Notes: generated by a model not told the origin, from the sequence alone. Positions 47,683 through 61,601 are shown, counted from the whole stretch's first letter. The stretch is DNA of 62,877 nucleotides, filler included, from Octopus bimaculoides (GCF_001194135.2; 4 parts of 3 records of this genome joined end to end with filler, not necessarily neighbours in it); one strand, 5' to 3'. Translations and numbers: made by a program.

Positions 47683-49205
47683 CTATATACATATATACAT
47701 GTATAGATGTATATATGTATAGATCTACACACAGACATACTCACACACATATATATGTGCTTACATATAATGCACACGCAACACCTACGTGCATATACAC
47801 GTAAGAGTTGTTTCCATCCTTTCATTAAGCATGTATCTTGTTGCCTTCTTCCGCATCTGTTCTTGAGTATTTGCGGGAGGTTGGCAAAAGCAGAATTGTT
47901 TTTGCGTGTCCATGTTTTAAGTTTATCCATAGGTTTCTAGATGTGTATGCAGATTTCTGTATAGCTTTTATGCATATATATCTCTTTAATTACATATGCG
48001 ACTAAAAATGATTTTATTTCGCGTTACGTAGACTATAAATGTTGCTAGATTGTTTGTTTAATGGTATATTTATGTATAGTAAGTTAATCAATTTTAATAT
48101 GTGAAATTTAAATTTATTTTCGTTAGATTAAATCACCGTGTTCGAAGTAGTTCATGATTTATTGTGAATGAAATAGTATTTTATGAATTCAGAATAATTG
48201 AGCATACACATCACTCTCTTTTGTTTATTTTGCATTTGTAAGCACCCGCATATATATATATATATATATATATANNNNNNNNNNNNNNNNNNNNNNNNNN
48301 NNNNNNNNNNNNNNNNNNNNNNNNNNNNNNNNNNNNNNNNNNNNNNNNNNNNNNNNNNNNNNNNNNNNNNNNNNNNNNNNNNNNNNNNNNNNNNNNNNNN
48401 NNNNNNNNNNNNNNNNNNNNNNNNNNNNNNNNNNNNNNNNNNNNNNNNNNNNNNNNNNNNNNNNNNNNNNNNNNNNNNNNNNNNNNNNNNNNNNNNNNNN
48501 NNNNNNNNNNNNNNNNNNNNNNNNNNNNNNNNNNNNNNNNNNNNNNNNNNNNNNNNNNNNNNNNNNNNNNNNNNNNNNNNNNNNNNNNNNNNNNNNNNNN
48601 NNNNNNNNNNNNNNNNNNNNNNNNNNNNNNNNNNNNNNNNNNNNNNNNNNNNNNNNNNNNNNNNNNNNNNNNNNNNNNNNNNNNNNNNNNNNNNNNNNNN
48701 NNNNNNNNNNNNNNNNNNNNNNNNNNNNNNNNNNNNNNNNNNNNNNNNNNNNNNNNNNNNNNNNNNNNNNNNNNNNNNNNNNNNNNNNNNNNNNNNNNNN
48801 NNNNNNNNNNNNNNNNNNNNNNNNNNNNNNNNNNNNNNNNNNNNNNNNNNNNNNNNNNNNNNNNNNNNNNNNNNNNNNNNNNNNNNNNNNNNNNNNNNNN
48901 NNNNNNNNNNNNNNNNNNNNNNNNNNNNNNNNNNNNNNNNNNNNNNNNNNNNNNNNNNNNNNNNNNNNNNNNNNNNNNNNNNNNNNNNNNNNNNNNNNNN
49001 NNNNNNNNNNNNNNNNNNNNNNNNNNNNNNNNNNNNNNNNNNNNNNNNNNNNNNNNNNNNNNNNNNNNNNNNNNNNNNNNNNNNNNNNNNNNNNNNNNNN
49101 NNNNNNNNNNNNNNNNNNNNNNNNNNNNNNNNNNNNNNNNNNNNNNNNNNNNNNNNNNNNNNNNNNNNNNNNNNNNNNNNNNNNNNNNNNNNNNNNNNNN
49201 NNNNN

Positions 49206-49244
<39 letters not shown>

Positions 49245-49941
49245 CCCTCCAAATATTCAACTTGACTTATATTCAATGTATTCTATTGTAATATAACATA
49301 CTTTTATCCCTTATGGTTTCACTCCATTAATTATATGTTGCATACCGGTGCATGACTAACTTTTAAATTCGTTCTTATACCCAAGTAGAAAATATGATCT
49401 TGGAATTAAATTCTCCATCACGCTGCACGCCTTAAATATCAAATGTATCGTATATTTGATCTATGCATTTGACTGCAGCAAATGTCTTCTTCTGTCTATA
49501 AGCTGTTATGTTGATTAATACGTGTTATATTTTCGAACACTGATTTCGCTTCCTCTGTGGCTGAGAAGGCCTCCTTGGAATGGAACAAACAATTACAGTT
49601 ATTGCATCTGTTGATGACAATAAAACTTCCAAATTAATTAGTTTGGTTTAGAGGGAGTATGCATTCATTAATAAAATGCTGTAAACTGAAACATCCAAGA
49701 AATTTTATCGAACAATCTCACCGAAAGACCCAGCTGTGCAGTCATCACTTTCTCCTCCTCCACCTCCTCATCATCATCATAATCATCATCATTTTCATGA
49801 TCAAACATTCATTCTTCCCTTTTACAATTGGCCTACATGACTATACATCTATCCATTTGTATATTCGTTTCTGTCTGCCTGTATTTCTCTTTCTTCTTAT
49901 AAATGCACCCACGCGCGCACACACATAGACACACACATGTG

Positions 49942-50324
49942 TGTTGACACTCCGTCGCTTACGACGTCGAGGGTTCCAGTTGATCCGATCAACGGAACAG
50001 CCTGCTTGTGAAATTAACGTGCAAGTTGCTGAGCACTCCATAGACACGTGTACCTTTAACATAGTTCTCGGGGATATTCAGCGTGACACAGTGTGACAAG
50101 GCTGGCCCTTTGGATTACAGGTACAACAGAAACAGGAAGTAAGTGTGAGAGAAAGTTTTGGTGAAAGAGTACAGCAGGGTTCGCCACCATCCCCTGCCGG
50201 AGCCTCGTGGAGCTTTAGGTGTTTTCGCTCAATAAACCCTCACAATGCCCAGTCCGGGAATCGAAACCGCGATTCTATGACCGCGACTCCGCTGCCCTAA
50301 CCAATAGGCCATTGCGCCTCCGCA
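49942..50324 (-). mobile_element. SINE family B, full length
   Basis: A box TGGCCTATTGG and B box GTTTCGATTCC intact on the minus strand; full body and tail. Confidence 0.92.
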
Positions 50325-51030
50325 CACACACATATATACTTATACAAATATGTGCATGTGTGTGTGTATGTACGTATGTATGAGGTAAAATAATGGTAAT
50401 AATAATAATTCTTAGTAGCATTTTAGACAGATTTTGATTCTTCGGATTTAAGATGTATAGCAATACCACAGATGCATTTAGGTTTGTGCTTTCAAATACA
50501 TCTCTCCAGCATTTTTTCCAAAATATATCTGCTAAATAAGCTTAAGATTTACGGCCAGAAGCAGGGCACCTAGTTTTGTATAAATGACACGCAGATTGAA
50601 TTCCATCCTGTTTATTTTCCTTCATCTTTTTCTTTGGCAGTTATTTGTTTTGCCACTGAGCAAGATAACATTATGCTGGTGTTTCCCTATATCTTCAGTG
50701 TATCAATCGATCTATTGTTAAATTTGAACCATAAACGCACCCACATTCTTTTCCGAAACAGTTGTAACGCTATAATGAATACATAAATATATATAACCCA
50801 TTATTTCTGTATATTCTATTGTGTTGCTCTCTAAAAACATTTAAATCTTAAACAGTTAATGCAACCATGGATTTATAAGTTTCCCCTGATATAGATTTCG
50901 ACTTACCCTTTCGAATTCAGCTTTCCTTTTCGGCCTTCGATGTCAGTATACCTCGAATACAATAATAATCAAAAGTCATCTTTTGTTAGCCTGGGGTACT
51001 TTTGCCTGCAGAAATCTTTTACCAAACTAT

Positions 51031-51282
51031 TAAGTTACGAGGACCTAAACACATCAACATCGGTTGACAAGCAATGATGGGGACAAACACATAGAAACAC
51101 ACTCACACACACACACACATATGCATATATACAGCGGGCTTCTTTCAGCTCCCGTGTAACAAATCCACTCACAAGGCCTTGGTGGGGCCAGCGCTATAGG
51201 AGAAGACACTTGCCCAAGGTGCCACGCAGTGAGACTGAACCCGGAACAATGTGGCTGGGAAGCAAGCTTCTTAGAACACACA
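51031..51282 (-). mobile_element. SINE family A, 3'-truncated
   Basis: Head GCTTGCTTCCCAGCCACATTGTTCCGGGTTCAGTCTCACTGCGTGGCACCTTGGGCAAGTGTCTTC on minus; (CA)n; start of the 3' half. Confidence 0.88.
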
Positions 51283-52879
51283 AACACACATATATACCTA
51301 TATAACGTTAGCAATCAGTTAGGATTGTATAGAATTCAGAATTGTTTGTAATTGTGTTTGATACGGCAATAATTGTTGCTAATTATATGATATTGTAGCT
51401 TGCTGCAATATTTTCTCTCCTTTATGGAATTAGTTCCGTAGATTATCGACCATAAAATACTAATCACTTACAGAATTGTACCACAATTTTCTGTAAAAAC
51501 ACTTAATTTCTTCCTCACACCACTGCTAAAATTTTCATCAGCACCATAATATTTCATAACGATGAAGTGACGAAGCTATAATTTTCTACGATAGTATACC
51601 ACTAGAAAATAATTTAGAAGGGTATTGTAGAATTCCTTATGTGCTATCGTTTTTCAGCTTCGGCTCACGACCCGGTCAAACAATCCTACGGTAAATGGCA
51701 TTAATAACAGCGAACAACCACTTTGAACTGTATACATGGTTATACCATATAACCTCCCCGATCCTTACTTAAAACAGCAGGATAAAATCCGAACGGAACA
51801 GGCTTCTATTTCTAGCTTTTCTTGCAACGATACAAAGATCTACTGTCAATGGGTTGACCACATATCTTTCTCCTTATTACTTTTCACATTCTTCAATATA
51901 ATTTTATATAATTGTTCTGGAGGAAAAGCTAACAGAACCGTCACTGTTTTCCGTTATGTTGTATATTTAACATATATTATCGTTTACCCTACAAGCATAG
52001 TGATGTGTAAAACTTAAGCGTTGAAACAAAGTAAATTTACTTTAGTATATAGTTTACAACATTTCCAAGAAATTTCATAATTCATGTTATGAACGTTCTA
52101 TGGCAGAATGCCACAAGATCTTCTAATATACATATTTTTCCATATTTCTGTACAATAATTTAAAAGAAATGGGTTTAGTATATAATTAAATCATTTTCTG
52201 CATACAATTTGTTGCCTGTATGTTCTGTGTTCTAATCTCAACGGATTAAAACATTCTTTAATTTTTCCTTTTGCTTCTAACAAGTAACAGTAAATCCTCA
52301 AATTGAAAACCATCGATTATCTAATTTATTTATGAAATTTTGCTTTTGGCCGGAAAACTTGAAAGCAATTTGATACATTTGTCATGCTTTTAAAACGTTA
52401 TTGCTTTAGGTTTGAACAATATTCAAGAAACTAGAGACGCGTTTCCTTCTCTATATATATTGTTGCTATTAATATTGTTGTTAAGCTTGTTGGGTGGCTT
52501 TTTCATTCCCTGTTGGAATATCATTGCGTATCACATGGTCAACATAGGAAGAAATTCTTAACAATTACATTAAGTATATTTAGCAACTAATTAGCAATAC
52601 ATAATTTTTTTTCTATAAATGCCATATAATGTGTAACTAAAATAGTTACACATTACATAACTAATAATCATGGGGATGTGAGTTCGTGTCCACAGCTAGC
52701 CACCTACACTTTTCTCTGCAAAATAGGGGTAGTTTATCCTGTTCAGGCTATATTATTAGCATTATTCTGCGATTGAGAATTTAAAAATCACTTTAACTTT
52801 CTAAGACGTCTCAACGCTTCTAAAAGCAAACTTCGTTTGTTTATTTACATTTGTCGTAATTTGAATTAAAAAAAGAATA

Positions 52880-53088
52880 ACTTCCTAATATAGGCTCATG
52901 TGAAACGTTTTGGTGCGGAGAGTTAGTCAATTACATTGATTGCGGTATTTGAATACATTTTATTTTATCTACATAATGCAAAGCAAAATCGACCTTGGCA
53001 GAATTTAATCACAAAATGCAAACTTCTAAGAGACACTGTTAAGGAGATTTTTCTGACGTGCTATGCTTTCTGCCAGAACGCTGCCATG
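52880..53088 (-). mobile_element. Degenerate SINE family D
   Basis: Reverse complement starts TGGCAGCGTTCTGGCAGAAAGCATAGCACG and contains CTGCCAAGGTCGATTTTGCTTT. Confidence 0.55.
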
Positions 53089-53829
53089 AATGCAAAAAAT
53101 AGGTAAAAGAATAAATATTCGTCTTCGTGGTTATGCATATTTGTGTGAAAATGCACGTGCAGTATATGATAAATCTGTTCTCGATGATATATTTGGACTA
53201 CAAAATAAACATGTTGATGTTATTCTCCCAATGCAGAGATTAATGCGAGACCATATATATATGGTCGACTTAGTCAACTAAGAATCTTCGTTAAGTTAAG
53301 TGATGTTGCTCTTTTTCCTATTACACTTGAACGTCTTTTACCATTTATTAGTTAATCACACTATCGTTATATATGTTTTCTTTTTCTTATCTTCAGCTAT
53401 TATTTCTCCCATTGCCGTTTTATGCCTTCAGCTTGACAGATATTTATTGTTATTTGATTTGTAATATCATAAAACCTTGAAACTTTCCTTTGTACTAAAT
53501 TTTGCTTAAACGTACTTATTTTTATACTTTTCTTATTTTATGCATTCTTAAATATTAGGATAAATTTTTTAATGTTACTCGACCTGAACAGTGTCCTCAT
53601 TATGAGTGGTATTTATCTTGATCGATTCATTGTAGACTGACCAGTTATTTCCCACTTTTATGTGGCCCATGAAACGCGCGTAGACTTTCTTCCACTTTCG
53701 TTTCTAAAACTTAACTGATTTAAATTCCTAGTTCAATATTTCATAGATTTTACGTATTACAAATTTTCCCTTGGATTTTTTTAGATTTTTAAACTAGTAT
53801 TTTGTATAGTACACTTTTCTTGATGGTGT

Positions 53830-54205
53830 CTGATCTCGCAGCAACGTCGCCTTGTAGGGATGTTCTCTGCTTGCATTTCACAGGCGTCGGTGTTGATTTC
53901 AAAGAACTGCATTGAGAATTTCAATGAACTCTAGAATCACCATTTCTGTCCACCTTGCGTGCGCTTGCCTTCCGTCAATTTGCTACAAAGCAATGAGTTG
54001 TTAAGTGTCAAGCTTCGAACAAAGTTCCCTGCCCACCTGACTTGGGTTCTCCTGACTGGTGCATAAATCCTTGGATGATCAGCTCGAGAGAGAACCTCCC
54101 TGTTTGGGATTTTGTCTTGCCAGCTGGTGTTCATCAGCTTCTCAGGGGCAGTTCATGTGGAAATCGTTTAGCATTGTGACCTGGCATTCGTAAACCGCTC
54201 GAGTT
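53830..54205 (-). mobile_element. RTE-type LINE 3' fragment
   Basis: WQDKIPNREVLSRADHPRIY..QVRWAGNFVR..KLTEGKRTQGGQK matches the RTE C-terminal consensus. Confidence 0.88.
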
Positions 54206-54969
54206 TCGCATTTAAACACACATGCATATATACTCACACACACATATCAATATATAGTTATATACATATAATATATTTAAATTATTTTACCGTGTGTAGC
54301 AGCTAGTGAGTATGAGCTGAATTGTCTGTCACGTGAGTTATCTAAGGTTTTTAGTGCAAACGATATTCTTTTCTTTCAAAACGAGGTTAAAAGTTCATGT
54401 TTATTGAAACCCATATATTTAGTACCCATTTTAAATGACACAGAACGACATACAGTCGTTCTGTAAATAATTAAGCGATTTGTTAAATTGTTATAAATAA
54501 CTCTCAGCTTAATTCTCTATGAGGTACTAGATAATATATTTTCTCAACTGAAAATTTTAGCAAACAAAATGTCAGCAATCGATCTCACTCAATGAAAAAT
54601 ATACTCTGCAGGATAACTGCTTTCATTACTTGTCGAAAAGCGAGCATAACATAATATATAACACTTAATAGTAAATACTATACCAAAACAGAAAACCTCG
54701 AAGTGATTCGACGTGAATTCTACAAGTGTATACAATGGTCCACGCGTTTAAATATTTGTATGTATGAGACAGTGTGTGTGAATAGGTACATATATGTGTA
54801 TGCATATATCTATATATGAATGTGTGTACGTTCATGCATTGCGAAGCGAAAGATTTCAATTAATATAAAAGTCATAAGAATCATTCACAAAGGAATCAGA
54901 TGAAATATTTTAAAATAATTTTCTCATTTTAATTCCTTTCTTCCCTTTTTGTTTTAACACATTCTTCAA

Positions 54970-55410
<441 letters not shown>

Positions 55411-55926
55411 ATATGTATAGGCACATTTCAATAAACTAAATGTGCTGAACATTGTTACAATTCTCATTTCAGACACTTAACTCGATCTATTTATCATCTC
55501 TATTTTTTTCTTTTTAAATTTAGATAATGTCGGCGAATTTCTAAATATATTTTTGATTGATATCTCTCCGTAATTCAAATCTAGCCATTCATGAAATTTG
55601 AAAGTTTTGATAAATGAGCGGCATTCACCAAGTTTTAATTGCATAGAACTAATCAAATCAAATTTATTTCGATATCTCTCTATCTACAAATCTATTTATA
55701 AATATATCTCGCTTTGAATCTAAAATTTTATCATTATCATTATATAAGCGTGGACTGATATATACATATATCTGTGCGTAGGTTGGTGTGAGTACATCAT
55801 AACTGCCGTATAAACCTAGCTACCTACGTTTATTTAGTAAGTTTAGATACACTTATACGTTTATATATGTCCATACATTTATCTACGTACCTATTTAAGT
55901 ATACAGACGCATATATATGTATATGC

Positions 55927-55970
<44 letters not shown>

Positions 55971-56070
55971 NNNNNNNNNNNNNNNNNNNNNNNNNNNNNN
56001 NNNNNNNNNNNNNNTTAATTAATTAANNNNNNNNNNNNNNNNNNNNNNNNNNNNNNNNNNNNNNNNNNNN

Positions 56071-56165
56071 GTGGACCGGAGGAACGTGAGTGGACCGGAG
56101 GAACGTGAGTGGACTGGAGGAACGTGAGTGGACTGGAAGAACGTGAGTGGACTGGAGGAACGTGA
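56071..56165 (+). repeat. 19-bp minisatellite, at least 5 units GTGGA(C)(C/T)GGA(G/A)GAACGTGA
   Basis: Units at 56071, 56090, 56109, 56128, 56147; the array runs into an N gap. Confidence 0.95.
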
Positions 56166-56266
56166 AATAAAGTATCTTGCTCAAGGACACAACCCGCCGC
56201 CGGAAATTGATCTCACAATCTTACGATCGTAAGCCGAATACTCTAACCATTAAGCCACGCGCCATC
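56071..56266 (-). mobile_element. SINE family C-like copy whose body expanded into the minisatellite
   Basis: Minus head GATGGCGCGTGGCTTAATGGTTAGAG.., core GTTGTGTCCTTGAGCAAGATACTTTATTTCACGTT as at 13430-13465. Confidence 0.85.
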
Positions 56267-56805
56267 AGTACACATACACCCACACACTTCAAGACAGCAA
56301 CATACTGAAATTTCTAAAAAAGAAAAAAAAAATGCAATCACACACAAACGCAAGCATAGCTAGCGTTCGATCTACTAGAAATAGCAGCCAAATCTCTCTG
56401 ATATTACATAATGCATTTTGAAATATAAAAGAATACATTAAACAATGAAAATCTAAGTACAATATATTTATAGAAAGACGTGATGGTTTCTGAAGGAATA
56501 TCTTTTATTATAGATCAGCTCAAACAGTGCTAATAGGATCTAAAACAACACGTGCATTCACACACCCATCGACATATGGACATAGTTTCACATATACACA
56601 CACATATTCAGCGTGGTCACTTGGCTCGTTAAAAATAGAAGTCAAATCTACTTCAAATCACCGCGCCCGTCGTGAAAAATAGGAAAGTGGTATTAGATAA
56701 TGTTTAGTTAATGATCGCAGTTAGTATGCCTTTTAGTGTAGTTCTAGTTAATAAGATTTGATATGGGTGAATACTCACATTCATACTCCTTCCCCTGTCT
56801 TTACT

Positions 56806-56863
<58 letters not shown>

Positions 56864-57019
56864 GCCACTATATATCTATATGTGTGTGTGCGCATATGTA
56901 TATATATGTGTGTGTTGTGTGTACGTGTACATGTACATGTATGTTTATGTGCATACACACACACATACATGTACACGTACATATATATATTCACAGACAC
57001 ACACAGAAACTCATACATA

Positions 57020-57110
57020 TAAGTTAGCTTTCCTTCCACGTGGTTCTGGGTTCGATCCCATTACGCCGCACCTTTGTGTCTTTGTGTCTTCTTTGTGTTC
57101 GAGCTGACAA
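57020..57110 (+). mobile_element. Degenerate SINE A-like head
   Basis: CTTCCACGTGGTTCTGGGTTCGATCCCATTACGCCGCACCTT. Confidence 0.5.
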
Positions 57111-57182
57111 TTACCTAATGACAGGAATTTAATTAGTGGAAACTTATTAAAGTCCATCCATTATACAGCAAGTATTTGAGTT

Positions 57183-57213
<31 letters not shown>

Positions 57214-57922
57214 ATGCATGTATCTGTGTGTGTGTCTGTGTCTGCGTTCGTGTGTGAACAGTGAGAGAGAGAGAGACAGAGAGAGAGACAGAGAGAGAGA
57301 GACAGAGAGAGAGACAGAGAGATACTAAATGTATGTTTATTCAGTTTTCGCATGTGAATATATTTACACTTNNNNNNNNNNNNNNNNNNNNNNNNNNNNN
57401 NNNNNNNNNNNNNNNNNNNNNNNNNNNNNNNNNNNNNNNNNNNNNNNNNNNNNNNNNNNNNNNNNNNNNNNNNNNNNNNNNNNNNNNNNNNNNNNNNNNN
57501 NNNNNNNNNNNNNNNNNNNNNNNNNNNNNNNNNNNNNNNNNNNNNNNNNNNNNNNNNNNNNNNNNNNNNNNNNNNNNNNNNNNNNNNNNNNNNNNNNNNN
57601 NNNNNNNNNNNNNNNNNNNNNNNNNNNNNNNNNNNNNNNNNNNNNNNNNNNNNNNNNNNNNNNNNNNNNNNNNNNNNNNNNNNNNNNNNNNNNNNNNNNN
57701 NNNNNNNNNNNNNNNNNNNNNNNNNNNNNNNNNNNNNNNNNNNNNNNNNNNNNNNNNNNNNNNNNNNNNNNNNNNNNNNNNNNNNNNNNNNNNNNNNNNN
57801 NNNNNNNNNNNNNNNNNNNNNNNNNNNNNNNNNNNNNNNNNNNNNNNNNNNNNNNNNNNNNNNNNNNNNNNNNNNNNNNNNNNNNNNNNNNNNNNNNNNN
57901 NNNNNNNNNNNNNNNNNNNNNN

Positions 57923-57962
57923 TAACCCTGACCCTAACCCTAACCCTAAACCTAACCCTAAC
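57923..57962 (+). repeat. Telomere-like (CCCTAA)n tract emerging from a gap
   Basis: TAACCCTGACCCTAACCCTAACCCTAAACCTAACCCTAAC. Confidence 0.8.
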
Positions 57963-59090
57963 ACTAGTTTTGTGAGATTTGGCTGTTATTTCTAGCATGT
58001 AAATAGCCTGCTTGGTGGTGGTGGGGATTGAAATTTTTCAAAAAATTTTTTGTCAGAATCGGAATCTCCATAGCCTAAAACGTGGGAGTCCGTAAAAAAA
58101 ATTAATAAATAAGGGGTGGGGGGGGGGAAGGTTCAGATTACATATAGTCCATCTCTACCACAAAAACTTGTGAGAATACAAGTAATCATTAATAAATAAT
58201 CATCTCTGATATCCAGGCTGTATAAAAATGCTAAGCTGCTCTGTACTCCGTGAAACGATCTTGGCTCACAGCTTGAAGCTAAGTCCTGGGTATTAAATGA
58301 GAAAGACATAACAATAGAATAGCAGATAGTCTAAGTAAAGGCCTCTTTCTTCTATCATAGTTCAACGTTTCTTATGGTACCAGCAGACAAAATGGAAAAG
58401 GTGTTGCCCCTGGAGGATAACGAGGGAGATGCGGTGGAACTCACAGGACTCACAGGACTCACACTTGCAGGCAACAATCTCCAATCCGATAGCTGAGAGA
58501 AAGGAATGCGGTGCAGGGGGCCAAGAACGCCGGTCTCAACTGCCACAGGCTCGGTGCTTCAGGAAGCTGACCGCTCAAGGGGTACATCAAAGAAATGCTT
58601 TCCGGATTCCATCAAGATTACACCCTAATCAGTATCCAATCTAAAAAGTGTGCAATAAAAAGCAAAATTGGGGGCAAATAGTAGCTGAAAAATCTAAAAA
58701 CTGGAGACAAACGTACAGGAAAAGAGATGATCCTGCGGATCAACACTAAATATCGCCAAAATGAGAAGACCGGAAAGAGATCAATAAAGACTTGTAGATT
58801 CGTACGACGGAGATACTTTCTGCAACTTTAGTGGCGATTTCGTGATCAAACATTCATTTCAAACGTTTTTCAGAACATAAAGTCGTTAATGAAAAAACCT
58901 TCGATACGTTCAAACATATATGTATGTATGTATATATAATGATAAAAACCGAAAGCCTTGTGAAATACCACAAGGCTTGTTTTTATTACAACAATATCTT
59001 TGCTCTCTTAACTGATCGAGTATTATACTACTTCTTGAAACTTACCGCGCACAGCGTGTGTGCATATACATATGTGTGTGTGTGTGTGTG

Positions 59091-59131
<41 letters not shown>

Positions 59132-59164
59132 ATATGAAAAGAGAGAGAGAGAGATTGGCATACA

Positions 59165-59204
59165 TACAGACAGACAGACAGATAGATAGATGGATAGATA
59201 GATT

Positions 59205-59257
<53 letters not shown>
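59165..59257 (+). repeat. (GACA)n/(GATA)n microsatellite
   Basis: Read directly. Confidence 0.95.
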
Positions 59258-59258
<1 letters not shown>

Positions 59259-59431
59259 GATTTAGATATATACAAACATATATTCATATATTTAATATCA
59301 TCTGGGTAATAACCTTATTACGTTTTTTAAAAAAACTCCTACACGAGTATACATACATATATATATGTATATATATATATAAGCATACATACGTATATAT
59401 ATACATATATATATACATATATATACATACA

Positions 59432-59484
<53 letters not shown>

Positions 59485-60517
59485 NNNNNNNNNNNNNNNN
59501 NNNNNNNNNNNNNNNNNNNNNNNNNNNNNNNNNNNNNNNNNNNNNNNNNNNNNNNNNNNNNNNNNNNNNNNNNNNNNNNNNNNNNNNNNNNNNNNNNNNN
59601 NNNNNNNNNNNNNNNNNNNNNNNNNNNNNNNNNNNNNNNNNNNNNNNNNNNNNNNNNNNNNNNNNNNNNNNNNNNNNNNNNNNNNNNNNNNNNNNNNNNN
59701 NNNNNNNNNNNNNNNNNNNNNNNNNNNNNNNNNNNNNNNNNNNNNNNNNNNNNNNNNNNNNNNNNNNNNNNNNNNNNNNNNNNNNNNNNNNNNNNNNNNN
59801 NNNNNNNNNNNNNNNNNNNNNNNNNNNNNNNNNNNNNNNNNNNNNNNNNNNNNNNNNNNNNNNNNNNNNNNNNNNNNNNNNNNNNNNNNNNNNNNNNNNN
59901 NNNNNNNNNNNNNNNNNNNNNNNNNNNNNNNNNNNNNNNNNNNNNNNNNNNNNNNNNNNNNNNNNNNNNNNNNNNNNNNNNNNNNNNNNNNNNNNNNNNN
60001 NNNNNNNNNNNNNNNNNNNNNNNNNNNNNNNNNNNNNNNNNNNNNNNNNNNNNNNNNNNNNNNNNNNNNNNNNNNNNNNNNNNNNNNNNNNNNNNNNATA
60101 TATATATAATAGAAATAATACATACACACACACACACTCACACATATACATACATATATGAATATAAACACACACACAAACACACACACACATATATATA
60201 TATATACACACACACATACTCTCTTGTATACACTGCCCGTAGACATTCACACGTACACAGCCTCTCCATAAATACACACACACACACACACACGCACGCA
60301 GGCACACATTGGCAAACAACAACAAACAAATACTGAATTTATATTTACCTTTTCTTAAATTGTTAAAAATTTACTGGAATTTTTTATGGTCCCGTTTTCT
60401 TTTTCGGTTTTGTTTTTATCTGTTTCCTTAATATTTTTATACAGTTTAAACATTGAAGTCATATAATAATGTTTGATATAGCTTCAGCATCAATGTAGAA
60501 ACTGCTGGATTTCCTTG

Positions 60518-60594
60518 ATGCTGCTGCTGCTGCTACTGATGCGGTTGTTGTTGTTGTTGTTATTGTTGTTGTTGTCGTTGTTTTTGTTGTTGTT

Positions 60595-60627
<33 letters not shown>

Positions 60628-60628
60628 G
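60518..60628 (+). repeat. (GCT)n/(GTT)n trinucleotide tract
   Basis: Read directly. Confidence 0.95.
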
Positions 60629-61236
60629 CTTATAAGGAAACAAAACAAAATATAAACAAAATACATATCCTCACAATATAATGTTTTTGTTTATCTGTTA
60701 TATATATTCCCAGGTATTCATTTCTTCCATCCGAAAATGTTTCCTCTCAAATTATCTTGTTTTATTTTTTTTTGTTTTAGCTACAGTTTTTTTCTTTTCT
60801 TCTTTTTTCCTTTACAATTTGTTCTTTAGCTTTTGTTGCTGTTTTTTTCTTCTTGTTTTTGTTGTTCTCGTTGTTTGCTTCTTCGTCTCTCATGTATTTC
60901 CTGTTACATCAACAAATCAACATCTCTATAAGAGTTTACTATGTGTAAACTCTAATTCTCCACTCCCCTATATTCCTACCTCTCTCTCCTCCTCTCTCTC
61001 CTCCTCTCTCTCCTTTTTCACTATGTATTCGCGAGTGCGTGTGTGTGTGTGTGTGTTTGTGGATGTATCTGCCTGTTTATATCTACAGATAGAGAGTTAT
61101 CTTTACATATATATATATGTAATATATATATATAAGTATATATGTGTGTGTATATGTGTGTATATTTATATATTGTGTGTGTGTGTGTGTATATGCATAT
61201 ACATGTATATAAATATATGTATATATGAATATGTCG

Positions 61237-61601
61237 TGGCACTCCGTCGGTTACGACGACGAGGGTTCCAGTCAATCCGATCAACGGAACAGCCTGAAAT
61301 TAACGTGCAAGTGGCTGAGCACTCCACAGACACGTGTACCCTTAACGTAGTTCTCGGGGAGAGTCAGCATGACATAGAGTGTGACAAGGTTGGCCCTTTG
61401 AAATACACGTACAACAGAAAGATGAAGCAAGAGTGAGAGAAAGTTGTGGTGAAAGAGTACAGCAGGGTTCGCCACCACCCTCTGCCGGAGCCTCGTATTT
61501 TCGCTCAATAAACACTCACAATGCCCTGTCTAGGGTATCGAAACCGCGATCCTACGACTGCGAATTCGCTACCCTAACCTCTGGACCATTGCGCCTCCAC
61601 A
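61237..61601 (-). mobile_element. SINE family B, full length
   Basis: Aligns end to end with 49942-50324; A box and B box (GTTTCGATACC) present. Confidence 0.92.

Noticed and set aside
56071-56165. Regular short repeats considered as a CRISPR array
   Set aside because: No spacers, eukaryotic context, and derivation from a SINE is visible.
58415-58490. LRR-like peptide LTGLTGLTLAGNNL in another frame
   Set aside because: The pattern is generated by the 9-bp tandem duplication, is followed by a stop, and has no second repeat.
60681-61436. Hydrophobic 251-aa ORF (also 61783-62316) suggesting membrane proteins
   Set aside because: Products of T-rich and GA-rich low-complexity tracts plus a SINE.
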